A stretch of DNA of 64,000 bases, taken from Alphaproteobacteria bacterium. GTDB lineage: Bacteria; Pseudomonadota; Alphaproteobacteria; Bin95. The notes under the pieces were generated by a model. It searched no databases. It worked only from the letters and a program-made list of their open reading frames with translations, and was not told the origin of the DNA. The stretch covers positions 1,216,001 to 1,280,000 of the forward strand of contig OZ219786.1 in the NCBI GenBank assembly GCA_964291285.2, in the 5' to 3' direction. The position numbers and the translations under genes are program-made. Below, piece by piece: positions 40,685 to 51,075 of this stretch; positions within the stretch are counted from its first letter, which is position 1, and every line of letters starts with the position of its first letter.

Positions 40685-41035
40685 ATGAGGAAGCACCGCA
40701 CGCACAGCATGGCCTTCAAGCGCCAGGTCGTTGAGGAGTATCTGGCAGGCGAGACGTTTTACGGTCTGGCCCGCCGTCATGACCTGTCTCGCACCCTGAT
40801 CCGGCTGTGGCTGGAGAAGTATGAGGCCGGGGCCTTCGATGAGGAGGCCGAGGCGGCCGACAGGCTCCGGGCATATGAGGCCCGGATCGCGACGCTCGAA
40901 CGGCTGGTCGGCCGGCAGGCCGCGGAGCTGGAGTTCCTAAAGGGGGCTTTGCGGCAAGGACGGCGGTCGAGGCGCGCGCCCATGTCCGTGATCGCCGGCC
41001 CCGAGGCCTCTCCGTCGCCGAAGGATGCCGACTGA
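40685..41035 (+). CDS. IS3 OrfA
   Basis: HSMAFKRQVV...LARRHDLSRTLIRLW HTH; possible -1 slip at AAAGGGGG (~40938). Confidence 0.9.
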   Translation: MRKHRTHSMAFKRQVVEEYLAGETFYGLARRHDLSRTLIRLWLEKYEAGAFDEEAEAADRLRAYEARIATLERLVGRQAAELEFLKGALRQGRRSRRAPMSVIAGPEASPSPKDAD

Positions 41036-41829
41036 TGGGGATCGCGCGCTCCACCTGTTACCGCGAGCCGCAGAGCCCGGTCGACGACACCGCCCTGGTC
41101 GAGGCGATGCACGAGATCAAGGACGAGTTCGAGGCCTATGGCTGGCGGCGCATGCAGGCGGAACTTCGCCACCGGGGCCGGACCGTCAACCACAAGAAGG
41201 TCAGGCGGCTGATGCGCGAACACGCCCTGCAGCCGCCGCGCAAGCGCCGCTTTGTCGCCACCACGGACAGCGGCCACGACGGGCCGGTCTTCCCGGACCG
41301 GTCCCGGGACTGCGAGGTCGAGGGCCCGAACCGGCTCTGGGTCGCCGACCTGACCTACATCGCCATCCTGGACGGCTTCGTCTATCTGGCGGCGGTCATG
41401 GACGCCTGGTCGCGCCGCATTGTCGGCTACGCGCTCGGGCAACGCATCGACGCGCGCCTGACGCTCGCGGCGCTCGACAAGGCGATCGGGAACCGAAGCC
41501 CTCAGCCCGGCTGCATCCACCACTCCGACAGGGGCTCGCAATACGCCGCCCATGCCTACCGGACCCGGCTCGACAAACACGGGATGGTCGGCTCCATGGG
41601 ACGACGAGCCAACCCCTACGACAACGCCATGATGGAGAGCTTCATGAAAACCCTGAAGGTCGAGGGCGTCTATCCCATGGCCTTCGAGACCGCCGAAGAC
41701 GTCGCAAGGCAACTGCCGCGCTTCATCGACAGCTACAACCACAGACGCCTGCACTCCGCGCTCGGATATCTGAGCCCAAACCGCTTCGAGGAAAAACAAC
41801 ATCGCAACCCTGTCAAAAATGCCGCTTGA
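41035..41829 (+). CDS. IS3 OrfB (rve integrase core)
   Basis: WVADLTYI, HHSDRGSQY, DNAMMESF, YNHRRLHSALGYLSP. Confidence 0.93.
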   Translation: MGIARSTCYREPQSPVDDTALVEAMHEIKDEFEAYGWRRMQAELRHRGRTVNHKKVRRLMREHALQPPRKRRFVATTDSGHDGPVFPDRSRDCEVEGPNRLWVADLTYIAILDGFVYLAAVMDAWSRRIVGYALGQRIDARLTLAALDKAIGNRSPQPGCIHHSDRGSQYAAHAYRTRLDKHGMVGSMGRRANPYDNAMMESFMKTLKVEGVYPMAFETAEDVARQLPRFIDSYNHRRLHSALGYLSPNRFEEKQHRNPVKNAA

Positions 41830-42034
41830 AACTGTCCGACCCAAGGGGCCCACTCCACACGGGGTGCATGGCCCGGGGACCTTTCCGCCGGCTTCGACGA
41901 GGGGCGCTGCGAGCGGCCGGAGGGGGGACAAAGTTACCCATTCGTTCCACAGGCCCTCGGCCCTCGGCCGGTCGCTTCGGCGGCCGGCCGGGTGTATGTT
42001 CCGGGGGGCGAATCGGGTGTAAGGAACAACGGTT

Positions 42035-42508
42035 ATGGCAGGCAGCGTCAACAAGGTGATTCTGGTCGGGAATCTGGGCCGCGACCCCGAGGTCCGGACC
42101 CTGCAGTCGGGCGACAAGGTTGCGAATCTGTCCTTGGCGACCTCGGAAACCTGGAGCGACCGGCAGTCCGGCGAGCGGCGCGAGCGCACGGAGTGGCACC
42201 GGGTCGTCATTTTCGGGCGTGTGGCGGACGTCGCCGAGCAGTATCTCCGCAAGGGCTCAAAGGTGTATATCGAAGGCAGCCTCCAGACGCGCAAATGGCA
42301 GGACCAGTCCGGCCAGGACCGCTACTCGACCGAAGTGGTGCTGTCGGGGCCGAGGGGCCAGATGACAATGCTCGACAGCCGGGCCGACGACGGCGGCGGC
42401 TATGGCGGCCGCGGCGGAGGTTACGACGACCGGGATGCGGGCGGCGGCAGGTCCGCGGCACCGGCGCCGGCGCTCGGCTCCGACCTGGACGACGACATCC
42501 CGTTCTGA
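42035..42508 (+). CDS. ssb: Single-stranded DNA-binding protein (housekeeping)
   Basis: [19 protein letters not shown]...DLDDDIPF. Confidence 0.97.
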   Translation: MAGSVNKVILVGNLGRDPEVRTLQSGDKVANLSLATSETWSDRQSGERRERTEWHRVVIFGRVADVAEQYLRKGSKVYIEGSLQTRKWQDQSGQDRYSTEVVLSGPRGQMTMLDSRADDGGGYGGRGGGYDDRDAGGGRSAAPAPALGSDLDDDIPF

Positions 42509-42557
42509 TGAACCGCCCCTTCCACGACGCGGCTTCCCGCAGCCCTTCTAGCGTTCC

Positions 42558-45266
42558 GTGAACGACACGATCGCCATAGAACCGGACGACGTCGCGCCGG
42601 TCGCGCTCGAAGACGAGATGCGCCGCTCATATCTCGATTACGCGATGAGCGTGATCGTGGCGCGCGCGCTGCCGGACGTGCGCGACGGGCTGAAGCCGGT
42701 GCACCGGCGCATCCTCTACGCCATGCGCGAGGGCGGCTACGGCTGGAACCAGCCCTTCCGCAAGTCGGCGCGCATCGTCGGCGACGTGATGGGCAAGTTC
42801 CACCCGCACGGCGACAGCGCGATCTACGACGCCATGGTGCGGATGGCGCAGCCCTTCTCCATGCGCCTGCCGCTGATCGCCGGGCAGGGCAATTTCGGCT
42901 CGATGGACAACGACCCCCCGGCGGCAATGCGCTACACGGAAGCGCGGCTCGCGCGGGCGGCCGAGGCGCTGCTGACCGACATCGACAAGGACACGGTCGA
43001 TTTCCAGCCGAACTACGACGACAGCGAACAGGAACCGGCTGTCCTGCCGGCGCAGTATCCGAACCTGCTCGTCAACGGCGCCGGCGGCATCGCCGTCGGC
43101 ATGGCGACCAACATCCCGACCCACAATCTGGGCGAGGTGATCGACGCCTGCTTCGCTTATCTCGACAACCCGGCGATCACCGTCGAGGAACTGATGGACC
43201 ATGTGCCGGGGCCGGACTTCCCGACCGGTGGCGTGCTGCTGGGCCGGGAGGGCATCCGGCAGGCCTACACGACCGGCCGGGGCACGATCATCCTCCGGGC
43301 CCGCACCGAGATCGAGGAACGGCAGGGCAACCGCGAGGCGATCATCGTCACGGAGGTGCCCTACCAGGTCAACAAGGCGCGGATGATCGAGCGCATCAGC
43401 GAGGTCGTGAACCTGAAGCTGATCGAGGGCATCCAGGCGCTCCGGGACGAGAGCGACCGGCGCGGCATCCGCATCGTCATCGAACTCAAGCCGGGCGTCG
43501 AACACCGCGTGCTGCTGAACCAGCTCTACCGGCACACGCAGATGCAGGTGAGCTTCGGCATCAACATGCTGGCGCTGGACGGCGGACGGCCTGAGACGCT
43601 GTCCCTCGACCGCATCATCCGCGCCTTCATCGCCTTCCGCGAAGAGGTTGTCGCGCGGCGCACCCGCCACGACCTCGGCAAGGCGCGGGAGCGCGCGCAT
43701 GTGCTGGTCGGCCTCGCCGTCGCCGTCGCCAATATCGACGAGGTCATCCGCGTCATCCGGCAGGCGGGCGATCCCGCCGAAGCGCGCGCCGCCCTGCTGG
43801 CGCGCGCCTGGCCGGCGGCGGACACGGCGCCGCTGCTGGAGCTTCTGGGCACGGCCGGCGGCGCGCTGGAGGACGGCGGCTACCGGCTGAGCGACGCGCA
43901 GGCGCGCGCGATCCTGGACCTGCGCCTGCACCGGCTGACCGGCCTCGAACGGCAGAAGATCGCCGAGGAGCTGGAAGAGGTGGCGGAGCGCATCCGGGGC
44001 TATCTGGAGATCCTGGGTTCGCGGGAGAAGCTGCTGGCCGTGATCCGCGAGGAGCTCCAGAGCGTGCGGGACCGCTTTGCGGACGAGCGCCGTTCGATCT
44101 TCACCGACGACGAGATCGACCCGGATGAGGAAGACCTGATCCAGCGCGAGGACATGGTCGTGACGGTGAGCCAGGGCGGCAATATCCGGCGCGTGCAGCT
44201 CTCCACCTACCGGGCGCAGAAGCGCGGCGGCAAGGGGCGCTCGGGCATGTCGAACCGCTACGAGGACGCGGTCTCGCAGGTCATCATCGCCCACACCCAC
44301 ACGCCGCTGCTGTTCTTCTCGGCCTCGGGCATCGTCTACAAGCTCAAGGTCCACCGCCTGCCGCGCACGGGGCCGCAGGGGCGGGGCGTGAAGATGCAGC
44401 AGGTCATCGAGGCGCTGCCGGCGGGCGAGCGCATCACCGCCGTCATGGCGATGCCGGACGACGAGGAGAGCTGGCAGGACCTGTCGGTGATGTTCGCGAC
44501 CGAGAGCGGCAATGTGCGGCGCAACACGCTTGCGGACTTCATCAACATCCCCCGCCGCGGCAAGATCGCGATGAAGCTCGACGAGGATGACGTGCTGGTC
44601 GGCGTGAAGCCCTGCGGGCCGGGCGACCATATCCTGCTGGCGACCCGGCAGGGCAAGGCGCTGCGCTTCCCGGCCAAGGATGTGCGGGAGTTTGTGAGCC
44701 GCGCCTCCACGGGCGTGCGCGGCATCTCGCTGCGCGAGGACGACTGCGTCATCTCCATGAGTGTCGTCGATGGATTCATGATCGACAGCACAGAGGAGCG
44801 GGATACCTATCTCAGCCAGAACGGCATCGGGGACATGATCCGCACGGCCGAACTCGAGGAGCACGAGCAGATGATCCTCTCGGTCGCCTCGGACGGCTAC
44901 GGCAAGCGGACTTCCGCATACGATTACCGCGTGACGAAGCGGGGCGGGCAGGGCATCGAACTGATGACGCGCAGCGGCGAGGAGGTCGAGGTGGTCGCCG
45001 CCTTCCCCGTCGAGGAGACGGACCAGTTGCTGCTGATGACCGATGGCGGCCAATTGATCCGCTGCCCCGTAACCGATATCCGGAAAGCGCGCCGGGTGAC
45101 GAGGGGCGTGCGCCTGTTCAACATCCCGGAGGGCGCGCGGGTGGTCCAGGTCTCGCATCTGGCGGATGCCAATGGCGTGGACGAAGCGGAAGACGAGGAA
45201 GGCGAGGCGCCGGAGGGCGGGGCGGACGAAGCGGACGCCGCCGGCGATGCAGGAGAGCAAGAGTGA
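42558..45266 (+). CDS. gyrA: DNA gyrase subunit A
   Basis: [17 protein letters not shown], GyrA box QKRGGKG. Confidence 0.97.
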   Translation: MNDTIAIEPDDVAPVALEDEMRRSYLDYAMSVIVARALPDVRDGLKPVHRRILYAMREGGYGWNQPFRKSARIVGDVMGKFHPHGDSAIYDAMVRMAQPFSMRLPLIAGQGNFGSMDNDPPAAMRYTEARLARAAEALLTDIDKDTVDFQPNYDDSEQEPAVLPAQYPNLLVNGAGGIAVGMATNIPTHNLGEVIDACFAYLDNPAITVEELMDHVPGPDFPTGGVLLGREGIRQAYTTGRGTIILRARTEIEERQGNREAIIVTEVPYQVNKARMIERISEVVNLKLIEGIQALRDESDRRGIRIVIELKPGVEHRVLLNQLYRHTQMQVSFGINMLALDGGRPETLSLDRIIRAFIAFREEVVARRTRHDLGKARERAHVLVGLAVAVANIDEVIRVIRQAGDPAEARAALLARAWPAADTAPLLELLGTAGGALEDGGYRLSDAQARAILDLRLHRLTGLERQKIAEELEEVAERIRGYLEILGSREKLLAVIREELQSVRDRFADERRSIFTDDEIDPDEEDLIQREDMVVTVSQGGNIRRVQLSTYRAQKRGGKGRSGMSNRYEDAVSQVIIAHTHTPLLFFSASGIVYKLKVHRLPRTGPQGRGVKMQQVIEALPAGERITAVMAMPDDEESWQDLSVMFATESGNVRRNTLADFINIPRRGKIAMKLDEDDVLVGVKPCGPGDHILLATRQGKALRFPAKDVREFVSRASTGVRGISLREDDCVISMSVVDGFMIDSTEERDTYLSQNGIGDMIRTAELEEHEQMILSVASDGYGKRTSAYDYRVTKRGGQGIELMTRSGEEVEVVAAFPVEETDQLLLMTDGGQLIRCPVTDIRKARRVTRGVRLFNIPEGARVVQVSHLADANGVDEAEDEEGEAPEGGADEADAAGDAGEQE

Positions 45267-45808
45267 ACCACCAGAAGATCGGCCTTTACCCCGGCACATT
45301 CGACCCGATCACCAACGGCCATATCGACATCATCTACCGGGGTGCGCGTCTGGTGGACCGGCTGATCGTCGGCGTGTTCAACAATGCCGGCAAGGGGCCG
45401 CTGTTCACCCCGGAAGAGCGCAAGGCGATGGTCGAGGACGAGATCGCCGCGCTGGGCGACCGGGTCGTCGCCGACCGGATCGAGGTGCGGCTGATGGACG
45501 GCCTGCTGGTCGCCTATGCGCGCCAGCACCGGGTGAGCGTCATCTTCCGGGGGCTCAGGGCCGTCTCCGATTTCGAGTACGAGATGCAGATGGCGAGCCT
45601 GAACCGGACGATGGAGCCCGATGTCGAGACCGTGTTCCTCTCCGCCTCGGAACACCACCAGTTCATCTCCTCGCGCTTCGTCAAGGAAATCGCGGCCCTC
45701 GGCGGGGACTCCTCCGCCTTCACCACGCCGCGCGTGATCGCGGCCCTCGAGGAACGGTTCGGCGACGGGCGCAAGGTGGAGAGCGGCGCCGCCTCCAAGG
45801 TGTATTGA
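45263..45808 (+). CDS. coaD: Phosphopantetheine adenylyltransferase
   Basis: [37 protein letters not shown]. Confidence 0.96.
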   Translation: MNHQKIGLYPGTFDPITNGHIDIIYRGARLVDRLIVGVFNNAGKGPLFTPEERKAMVEDEIAALGDRVVADRIEVRLMDGLLVAYARQHRVSVIFRGLRAVSDFEYEMQMASLNRTMEPDVETVFLSASEHHQFISSRFVKEIAALGGDSSAFTTPRVIAALEERFGDGRKVESGAASKVY

Positions 45809-45860
45809 CCGGCCCTTGACACCGCAGGCGGCGCCGCACAGTTTCGCCGCCGACCCGGTC

Positions 45861-45936
45861 GGGCGCGTAGCTCAGTTGGTAGAGCATCTGACTTTTAATC
45901 AGACGGTCCCAGGTTCGAATCCTGGCGCGCTCACCA
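45861..45936 (+). tRNA. tRNA-Lys(TTT)
   Basis: Cloverleaf GGGCGCG...CGCGCTC-ACCA; anticodon loop CTTTTAA; GGTTCGAATCC T-arm. Confidence 0.96.
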
Positions 45937-46068
45937 TATTTTTCAATGGTTTAGGGGAGATAGAAGGACCAGCGGCACCGGGCGGCGCCGACCGGCGAGC
46001 GCCCTGTGCAGGAGACCGCAAGACGCCCGCGTTCAGCTAGAATCCTGCGAATGACAAGGAAATCCGGC

Positions 46069-46929
46069 ATGAGCCCAACCCTGCCCGGCCTGTCGCACCA
46101 TCGGGCCAACGTCAACGGTACCGAGCTCCATTACGTCGAGGCGGGCGCCGGACCCCTCGTTCTCCTGCTGCACGGATTCCCCGAGTTCTGGTGGTCGTGG
46201 CGCCACGTCATTCCCTCTCTCGCCCGGTCGTTCCGGGTGGTTGCTCCCGACCTGCGGGGCTATCACCTCTCCGCCAAGCCGGCGTCGGGATACGACCTCG
46301 CCACTCTGGCGGGCGATGTGGCCGCTCTGGTGGACCATCTCGGGACTCCGGCCATGGTCGCGGCGCACGATTGGGGCGGCCTGATTGCCTATGAGACCGC
46401 CATGGACCACCCCGGCGCCGTCCGGAAGCTCGCGATTCTCAATGCCCCGCACCCCGATGCCTGGATCGCAGCGTGGCTGGGCCATCCCGAGCAGCAGCGC
46501 AAGAGCTGGTATGTCTTCTTCACTCTTGTTCCGGAGCTGCCGGAGGAGCTCTATCTGGAGCAGTTTCGCGCCGGAACCATCCGGCTCGCCAGGGTGATGC
46601 CGCCCGAGGACGTGGCGACCTACCGACGCGCCTTCGAGATACCGGGTTCCGCCACGGCGGCAGTCAATTACTACCGGGAAATCGTGCGCGACATGCCGCG
46701 GCGACGACACGTCGCGCCCCGGCGGATCACCTGTCCGGTCAGCGTATTGTGGGGTTCGCTGGACGTCGCGCTGGATCCGGTCGTGAACGACATCGCACGG
46801 GACTGGATCGACGAATTCTCGGTCACCTATTTCCCGAACAACTGGCACTGGCTGGCCGAGGAACAGCCCCGGGCAGTGATCGACCATCTGGAGACGTTCT
46901 TTGCGGCGACCGCCGAAAGCTGTCCGTGA
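46069..46929 (+). CDS. Alpha/beta hydrolase (epoxide hydrolase-like)
   Basis: LLHGFPEFWWSW, PDLRGY, AHDWGG, NYYR. Confidence 0.88.
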   Translation: MSPTLPGLSHHRANVNGTELHYVEAGAGPLVLLLHGFPEFWWSWRHVIPSLARSFRVVAPDLRGYHLSAKPASGYDLATLAGDVAALVDHLGTPAMVAAHDWGGLIAYETAMDHPGAVRKLAILNAPHPDAWIAAWLGHPEQQRKSWYVFFTLVPELPEELYLEQFRAGTIRLARVMPPEDVATYRRAFEIPGSATAAVNYYREIVRDMPRRRHVAPRRITCPVSVLWGSLDVALDPVVNDIARDWIDEFSVTYFPNNWHWLAEEQPRAVIDHLETFFAATAESCP

Positions 46930-47204
46930 TGAAGGCGCTGCCCGAGGGCGTTGCGCGCTATGGCGGGACGCCGGAATTTTCGGACGGGTCGATCCCGGCG
47001 AGCCTCTTGCGGTCCCATCGCACGAAGGCCGGGACATGGGCGAAGGTCGTCGTGCTGGAGGGGCGGCTGCTTTACCGCATCCTTGAGCCCGGAATCGAGG
47101 AAATCGAGCTTTCGCCGGAGCGGCCGGGCATCGTGGAGCCGGAAGTGGCGCACGAAATCGAGGCGGCGGGTCCGGTCCGTTTCCGGGTGGATTTCTATCG
47201 CTGA
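46929..47204 (+). CDS. DUF1971 (TehB/YeaR N-terminal-like) protein
   Basis: TPEF...IPASLLRSHRTKAGTW...LEGRL...VEPEVAH...VDFY. Confidence 0.82.
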   Translation: MKALPEGVARYGGTPEFSDGSIPASLLRSHRTKAGTWAKVVVLEGRLLYRILEPGIEEIELSPERPGIVEPEVAHEIEAAGPVRFRVDFYR

Positions 47205-47225
47205 GCCGGGCCCGCTTTCGGCTCG

Positions 47226-48362
47226 TCAGCCGAGGGCCTGCTCCAGGTCCGCTATGAGTTCGTCGACGCGCTCTATTCCGACGGAGAGGCGGAGCAGGTT
47301 TGCCGGCACGGCGCTCAGCGGCCCTTCGACCGAGGCCCGGTGCTCGATCAGGCTTTCGACGCCGCCGAGCGAGGTCGCCGACACGAAGAGCCGGGTGCGT
47401 GTGGCAATCCGCTTGGCGGCGTCCGCGCCGCCTTCGACCAGCAGCGATAGCATGGCGCCGAAGCTGCCTGCCGTCTGCCGCTTTGCGATCTCGTGCCCCG
47501 GATGGGATTCGAGGCCGGGATAGAGCACTGCCTCGATGCCGGCGCGGCCCTCGAAATGCCGGGCGATGGCGAGCGCGTTCGCAGCCTGCCGTTCGTAGCG
47601 CAGGTGGAGCGTGCGCATGCCGCGCAGCAGCAGCCAGGCCTCAAACGCGCCGGGCACGCCGCCCATGCGCGTGCGCGCCGCCCTGACCTCTCCCCAGCGC
47701 TTATCCGCAGTTCCGGTCGCCAGCACGCCCGCCAGCAGGTCGCTGTGCCCGGCGAGATATTTCGTGGCGGAGTGGAAGACGATGTCGGCGCCCAGATCGA
47801 GCGCCCGGAGCGTCACCGGCGGCGTCGCGGTGGCGTCCACGCCGAGAATCGCGCCGGCGTCCCGCGCAACCCCGGCGGCGGCGCGCACATCGATCACGTC
47901 CCAGGTCGGGTTCACGCAGGTCTCGATCCAGACGACCGAGGTCCGCCCGGGCCTGACGGCCGCTTTCAGCGCGCCCGGCTCTGAGGCATCGAAAAAGCTG
48001 ACCTCGACCCCGCGCCGTTCGGCGAGGCGGCGCAGCAGGTCCGCCGCGCCGTGATACATCACCCGCGGCGCCGCCACATGGTCGCCCGCGCCCAGGCTGT
48101 CGAAGAAGGTCGCGACCGCCGCCATCCCCGACGAGAAAACAAGCGCGTCCTCCGCGCCTTCCAGTTCCGCCAGCACCTCTTCCACATGCGCGACAGTCGG
48201 GTTGGCGTCGCGGCTGTAGGTGTAGCCGGTCGTCTCGTAGCGGTCGTCCCGTGCATAGGTGGTCGCGGAATGGATCGGCGGCACGACGGCGCCGGTCTCC
48301 CGGTCGAGGAACCGTCCTCCCTGGGCCAGCAGGGTTTCGGGCGAACGCTCGTTGCGGGTCAT
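47226..48362 (-). CDS. PLP-dependent Cys/Met metabolism enzyme (cystathionine gamma-synthase/lyase family)
   Basis: YSRDANPT, FSSGMAA, HSATKYLAGHSD, SLGGVESL. Confidence 0.9.
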   Translation of the reverse strand: MTRNERSPETLLAQGGRFLDRETGAVVPPIHSATTYARDDRYETTGYTYSRDANPTVAHVEEVLAELEGAEDALVFSSGMAAVATFFDSLGAGDHVAAPRVMYHGAADLLRRLAERRGVEVSFFDASEPGALKAAVRPGRTSVVWIETCVNPTWDVIDVRAAAGVARDAGAILGVDATATPPVTLRALDLGADIVFHSATKYLAGHSDLLAGVLATGTADKRWGEVRAARTRMGGVPGAFEAWLLLRGMRTLHLRYERQAANALAIARHFEGRAGIEAVLYPGLESHPGHEIAKRQTAGSFGAMLSLLVEGGADAAKRIATRTRLFVSATSLGGVESLIEHRASVEGPLSAVPANLLRLSVGIERVDELIADLEQALG

Positions 48363-49069
48363 GCGTTGCCGGGGTCGTTCTGGCGCGCCCAGACGTCCTG
48401 CGGCGGCGTCTCGGCGGGCGAGCGGGCGCGGAGCGCGTAATAGGGCAGGTATTTCCGGTAAGCCTCCCAGAGGCGGCGAAGCTCACCCACCGCGTCGTCG
48501 TGAAGGTCCACCCGGAGGTCGATATCCTCGACAATGTCAGCGCCGCGCACGATCAGCGCCGCCGAGCGCTCCGGCAGGGGTGTCTCGTCCGGCGACGCCT
48601 GGCCGCCTGCGTCCCGTCCCGCCTCGATTGCCGCAAGCAGCCGCTCCGGAAGGCCGTCCCCGGCCCGCTCGCGCCACGCGGCCGCCATCGCCTGCACCGT
48701 CGCCTCGCCGGCCAGCACGTTGCCGAAGACCGCGAAGCCCTCGCCGGTGATGTGGCCGGACCAGGGCCGGGTGCGGGGCCCGGTATGTGCCGCGACGCGG
48801 CCGTCCGCCGCCGCGATGACCACCTGGCGCCACTCGAAATCCGGGTCCTGCTCGGCCAGCAGCCGGAGGGCCCCTCGCGGGTCGGGCGTTTCCCTCAGCG
48901 CGGCGGTGGCGAGCGGCCCGAGCGCAGGATTGGCGAAGGCCTGGGTCGAAAGCGCCGCGACGCCGCGCTCGAAGAACGGGCAGTAGCCGCCGACGCCGAG
49001 CGAATAGGTCGTGATGCCGATGCCGAGCCGGCCTGTCCCGGGGCAGGCGCCGATCGCCGTGAAGGTCAT
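48359..49069 (-). CDS. DUF1028 (Ntn-hydrolase-like) protein
   Basis: MTFTAIG, STQA, GNVLAG, SAALIV, DLRVD. Confidence 0.85.
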   Translation of the reverse strand: MTFTAIGACPGTGRLGIGITTYSLGVGGYCPFFERGVAALSTQAFANPALGPLATAALRETPDPRGALRLLAEQDPDFEWRQVVIAAADGRVAAHTGPRTRPWSGHITGEGFAVFGNVLAGEATVQAMAAAWRERAGDGLPERLLAAIEAGRDAGGQASPDETPLPERSAALIVRGADIVEDIDLRVDLHDDAVGELRRLWEAYRKYLPYYALRARSPAETPPQDVWARQNDPGNA

Positions 49070-49086
49070 CGCACTTTCCTCCGCCG

Positions 49087-50832
49087 TCAGAACTGTTCGG
49101 CCGCCATCTCCAGCTCTGCTCCGCCGGCGGCCTCGATGGCGGCGAGGAGCCCGGCATGCTGCGGCAGCACCGTTTCGGCATAGAAGCGGGCGGTCAGGCG
49201 CTTCGCTTCCAGGAACTCCCCGTCCTCCGCGCCGTCGGCCAGAAGCCGCTCGGCCGCGGCCGCGCCTCGGGCGAGCAGCCAGCCGCCGGTCGCGAGGCCG
49301 AGCAGGTGGCAGAACGGGACGGCCGCGGCCGCTGCCGCGCCGAACTCCCTGCCGAAGCGGCCGAGAATGAGCCCGGCCCCGCGCTCCACGGCGTCGAGGG
49401 CGGCGGCCAGCGTCCGATCCGGCGAGTCAGCCCGCATCAGGGCGAGCTGGGCCCGGAGCGCCTCGCCCCCGTCGCGGGCAAGCTTGCGGGCCACGAGGTC
49501 CATGGCCTGAATGCCGTTGGTGCCCTCGTAGATCGGCGCGATGCGGCTGTCGCGCATATGCTGGGCGGCGCCGGTTTCCTCGATGAAACCCATGCCGCCA
49601 TGCACCTGGAGGCCGAGCGAGGCGATCTCGACGCCGAGGTCGCTGCACCACGCCTTGACCACCGGGATCATGAGGTCCACGCGGGCCTGGGCCTCGGCAT
49701 CGCCCGTGCGCTGGGCCCGGTCGAGACCGGCCGCGACCCAGTAGCAGAGCGCGCGCATGGCCTCGATCTCGGCCTTCATGGTCATCAGCATCCGCCGCAC
49801 GTCCGGATGGTGCAGGATCGGCACCGGCCCCCGTTCGCCGCTCGTCTCGTCACGGCCCTGGACGCGCTCCATGGCGAAGGCGCGGGCCTGCTGATAGGCC
49901 CGCTCCGCGACCGCAACGCCCTGCAGGCCGACGCCGAGGCGGGCATTGTTCATCATCGTGAACATGTACTGGATGCCGCAATTCTCCTTGCCGACCAGCG
50001 TGCCGAGCGCGCCGTCCCCCTCGCCATAGGCCATCACGCAGGTCGGGCTGCCGTGAATGCCGAGCTTGTGTTCGAGACCGACCGGACGCAGGTCGTTGCG
50101 CGCGCCGAGGCTGCCGTCCCCGTTCACCAGCACCTTCGGCACGATGAACAGCGAGACGCCGCGAATGCCCCTGGGCGCATCCGGCGTGCGCGCGAGCACC
50201 ATGTGGACGATGTTGTCGGTGAAGTCCTGGTCGCCGTAGCTGATGAAGATTTTCTGCCCGCTGATGCGGTATATGCCGTCGCCCGCCGGCACGGCGCGCG
50301 TGGCGAGCGCGCCGACATCGGAGCCGGCCTGGGGCTCTGTCAGGTTCATCGTGCCGGCCCACTCGCCGGAGATCATCTTCTCCAGAAAGATGTCCTTCTG
50401 CTCGTCCGAACCGTGGTTCGCGAGCAGGTCCACCGCGCCCTGCGTCAGGAGCGGCGCCAGCGAGAAGGACAGGCAGGCCGATTGCCACATCTCCGTGAGC
50501 GCCGTGGACACGAGCCAGGGAAGGCCCTGTCCGCCATATTCGGGGTCGAAGGGCGCGCCGTTCCAGCCGCCCTCGCAGAACTGCCGGTAGGTTTCCCGGA
50601 ACCCGTCCGCCGTGCGCACGACGCCGTTTTCCAGCACCGCGCCCTGAATGTCGCCGACGCGGTTGAGGGGCGCCACCGCCTCGTCCGCGAACCGGCCCGC
50701 CTCGGTCAGCACGGCATCGACGAGATCGACCGAAATCTCCTCCATGCCGGGCAGGGCGATCACCCCGTCCAGTCCGGCGATTTCGGTCATGGCAAAGCGA
50801 ATGTCGCGGAGGGGCGCGGCGTAATCGGACAT
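49087..50832 (-). CDS. Acyl-CoA dehydrogenase
   Basis: GTMNLTEPQAGSD, GQKIFISYG, LQVHGGMGF, IYEGTNGIQAMDL. Confidence 0.93.
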   Translation of the reverse strand: MSDYAAPLRDIRFAMTEIAGLDGVIALPGMEEISVDLVDAVLTEAGRFADEAVAPLNRVGDIQGAVLENGVVRTADGFRETYRQFCEGGWNGAPFDPEYGGQGLPWLVSTALTEMWQSACLSFSLAPLLTQGAVDLLANHGSDEQKDIFLEKMISGEWAGTMNLTEPQAGSDVGALATRAVPAGDGIYRISGQKIFISYGDQDFTDNIVHMVLARTPDAPRGIRGVSLFIVPKVLVNGDGSLGARNDLRPVGLEHKLGIHGSPTCVMAYGEGDGALGTLVGKENCGIQYMFTMMNNARLGVGLQGVAVAERAYQQARAFAMERVQGRDETSGERGPVPILHHPDVRRMLMTMKAEIEAMRALCYWVAAGLDRAQRTGDAEAQARVDLMIPVVKAWCSDLGVEIASLGLQVHGGMGFIEETGAAQHMRDSRIAPIYEGTNGIQAMDLVARKLARDGGEALRAQLALMRADSPDRTLAAALDAVERGAGLILGRFGREFGAAAAAAVPFCHLLGLATGGWLLARGAAAAERLLADGAEDGEFLEAKRLTARFYAETVLPQHAGLLAAIEAAGGAELEMAAEQF

Positions 50833-50872
50833 CGGCGGCACACCGGAAGGATTGTCGCAAGGCTGGGAAATG

Positions 50873-50946
50873 TGGCTGGGCGACCTGGATTCGAACCAGG
50901 GCTACTGGGGCCAGAACCCAGCGTTCTGCCGCTAAACTATCGCCCA
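50873..50946 (-). tRNA. tRNA-Gln(CTG)
   Basis: Reverse complement TGGGCGA...TTCTGGC...GGTTCGAATCC...TCGCCCAGCCA. Confidence 0.93.
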
Positions 50947-51075
50947 ACGCACAGACCTCCCACATATCGTCCATCCAGCCGGGTTTTGCAAGGGCCTCCG
51001 GCCGGCTCCGGCGCCTGTCGGCGGAACGGCAGCAATGTCGGGCCATCCCGGCTATCATGGCCGGGGAGTTCGGCG

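Larger units (their letters stand above)
40608..41857 (+). mobile_element. IS3-family insertion sequence
   Basis: TG...CA ends; IRs TGGAGTGGGCCCCT...TCGGACAGTTT; 3-bp target duplication CAC (40605-40607 and 41858-41860). Confidence 0.95.

Noticed and set aside
41933-41947. GTTA-N7-GTTC upstream of ssb as an SOS box
   Set aside because: Imperfect match that could arise by chance or belong to the cassette tail.
42790-42840. gyrA quinolone-resistance region
   Set aside because: Reads HGDSAIYD with wild-type Ser and Asp; nothing unusual.
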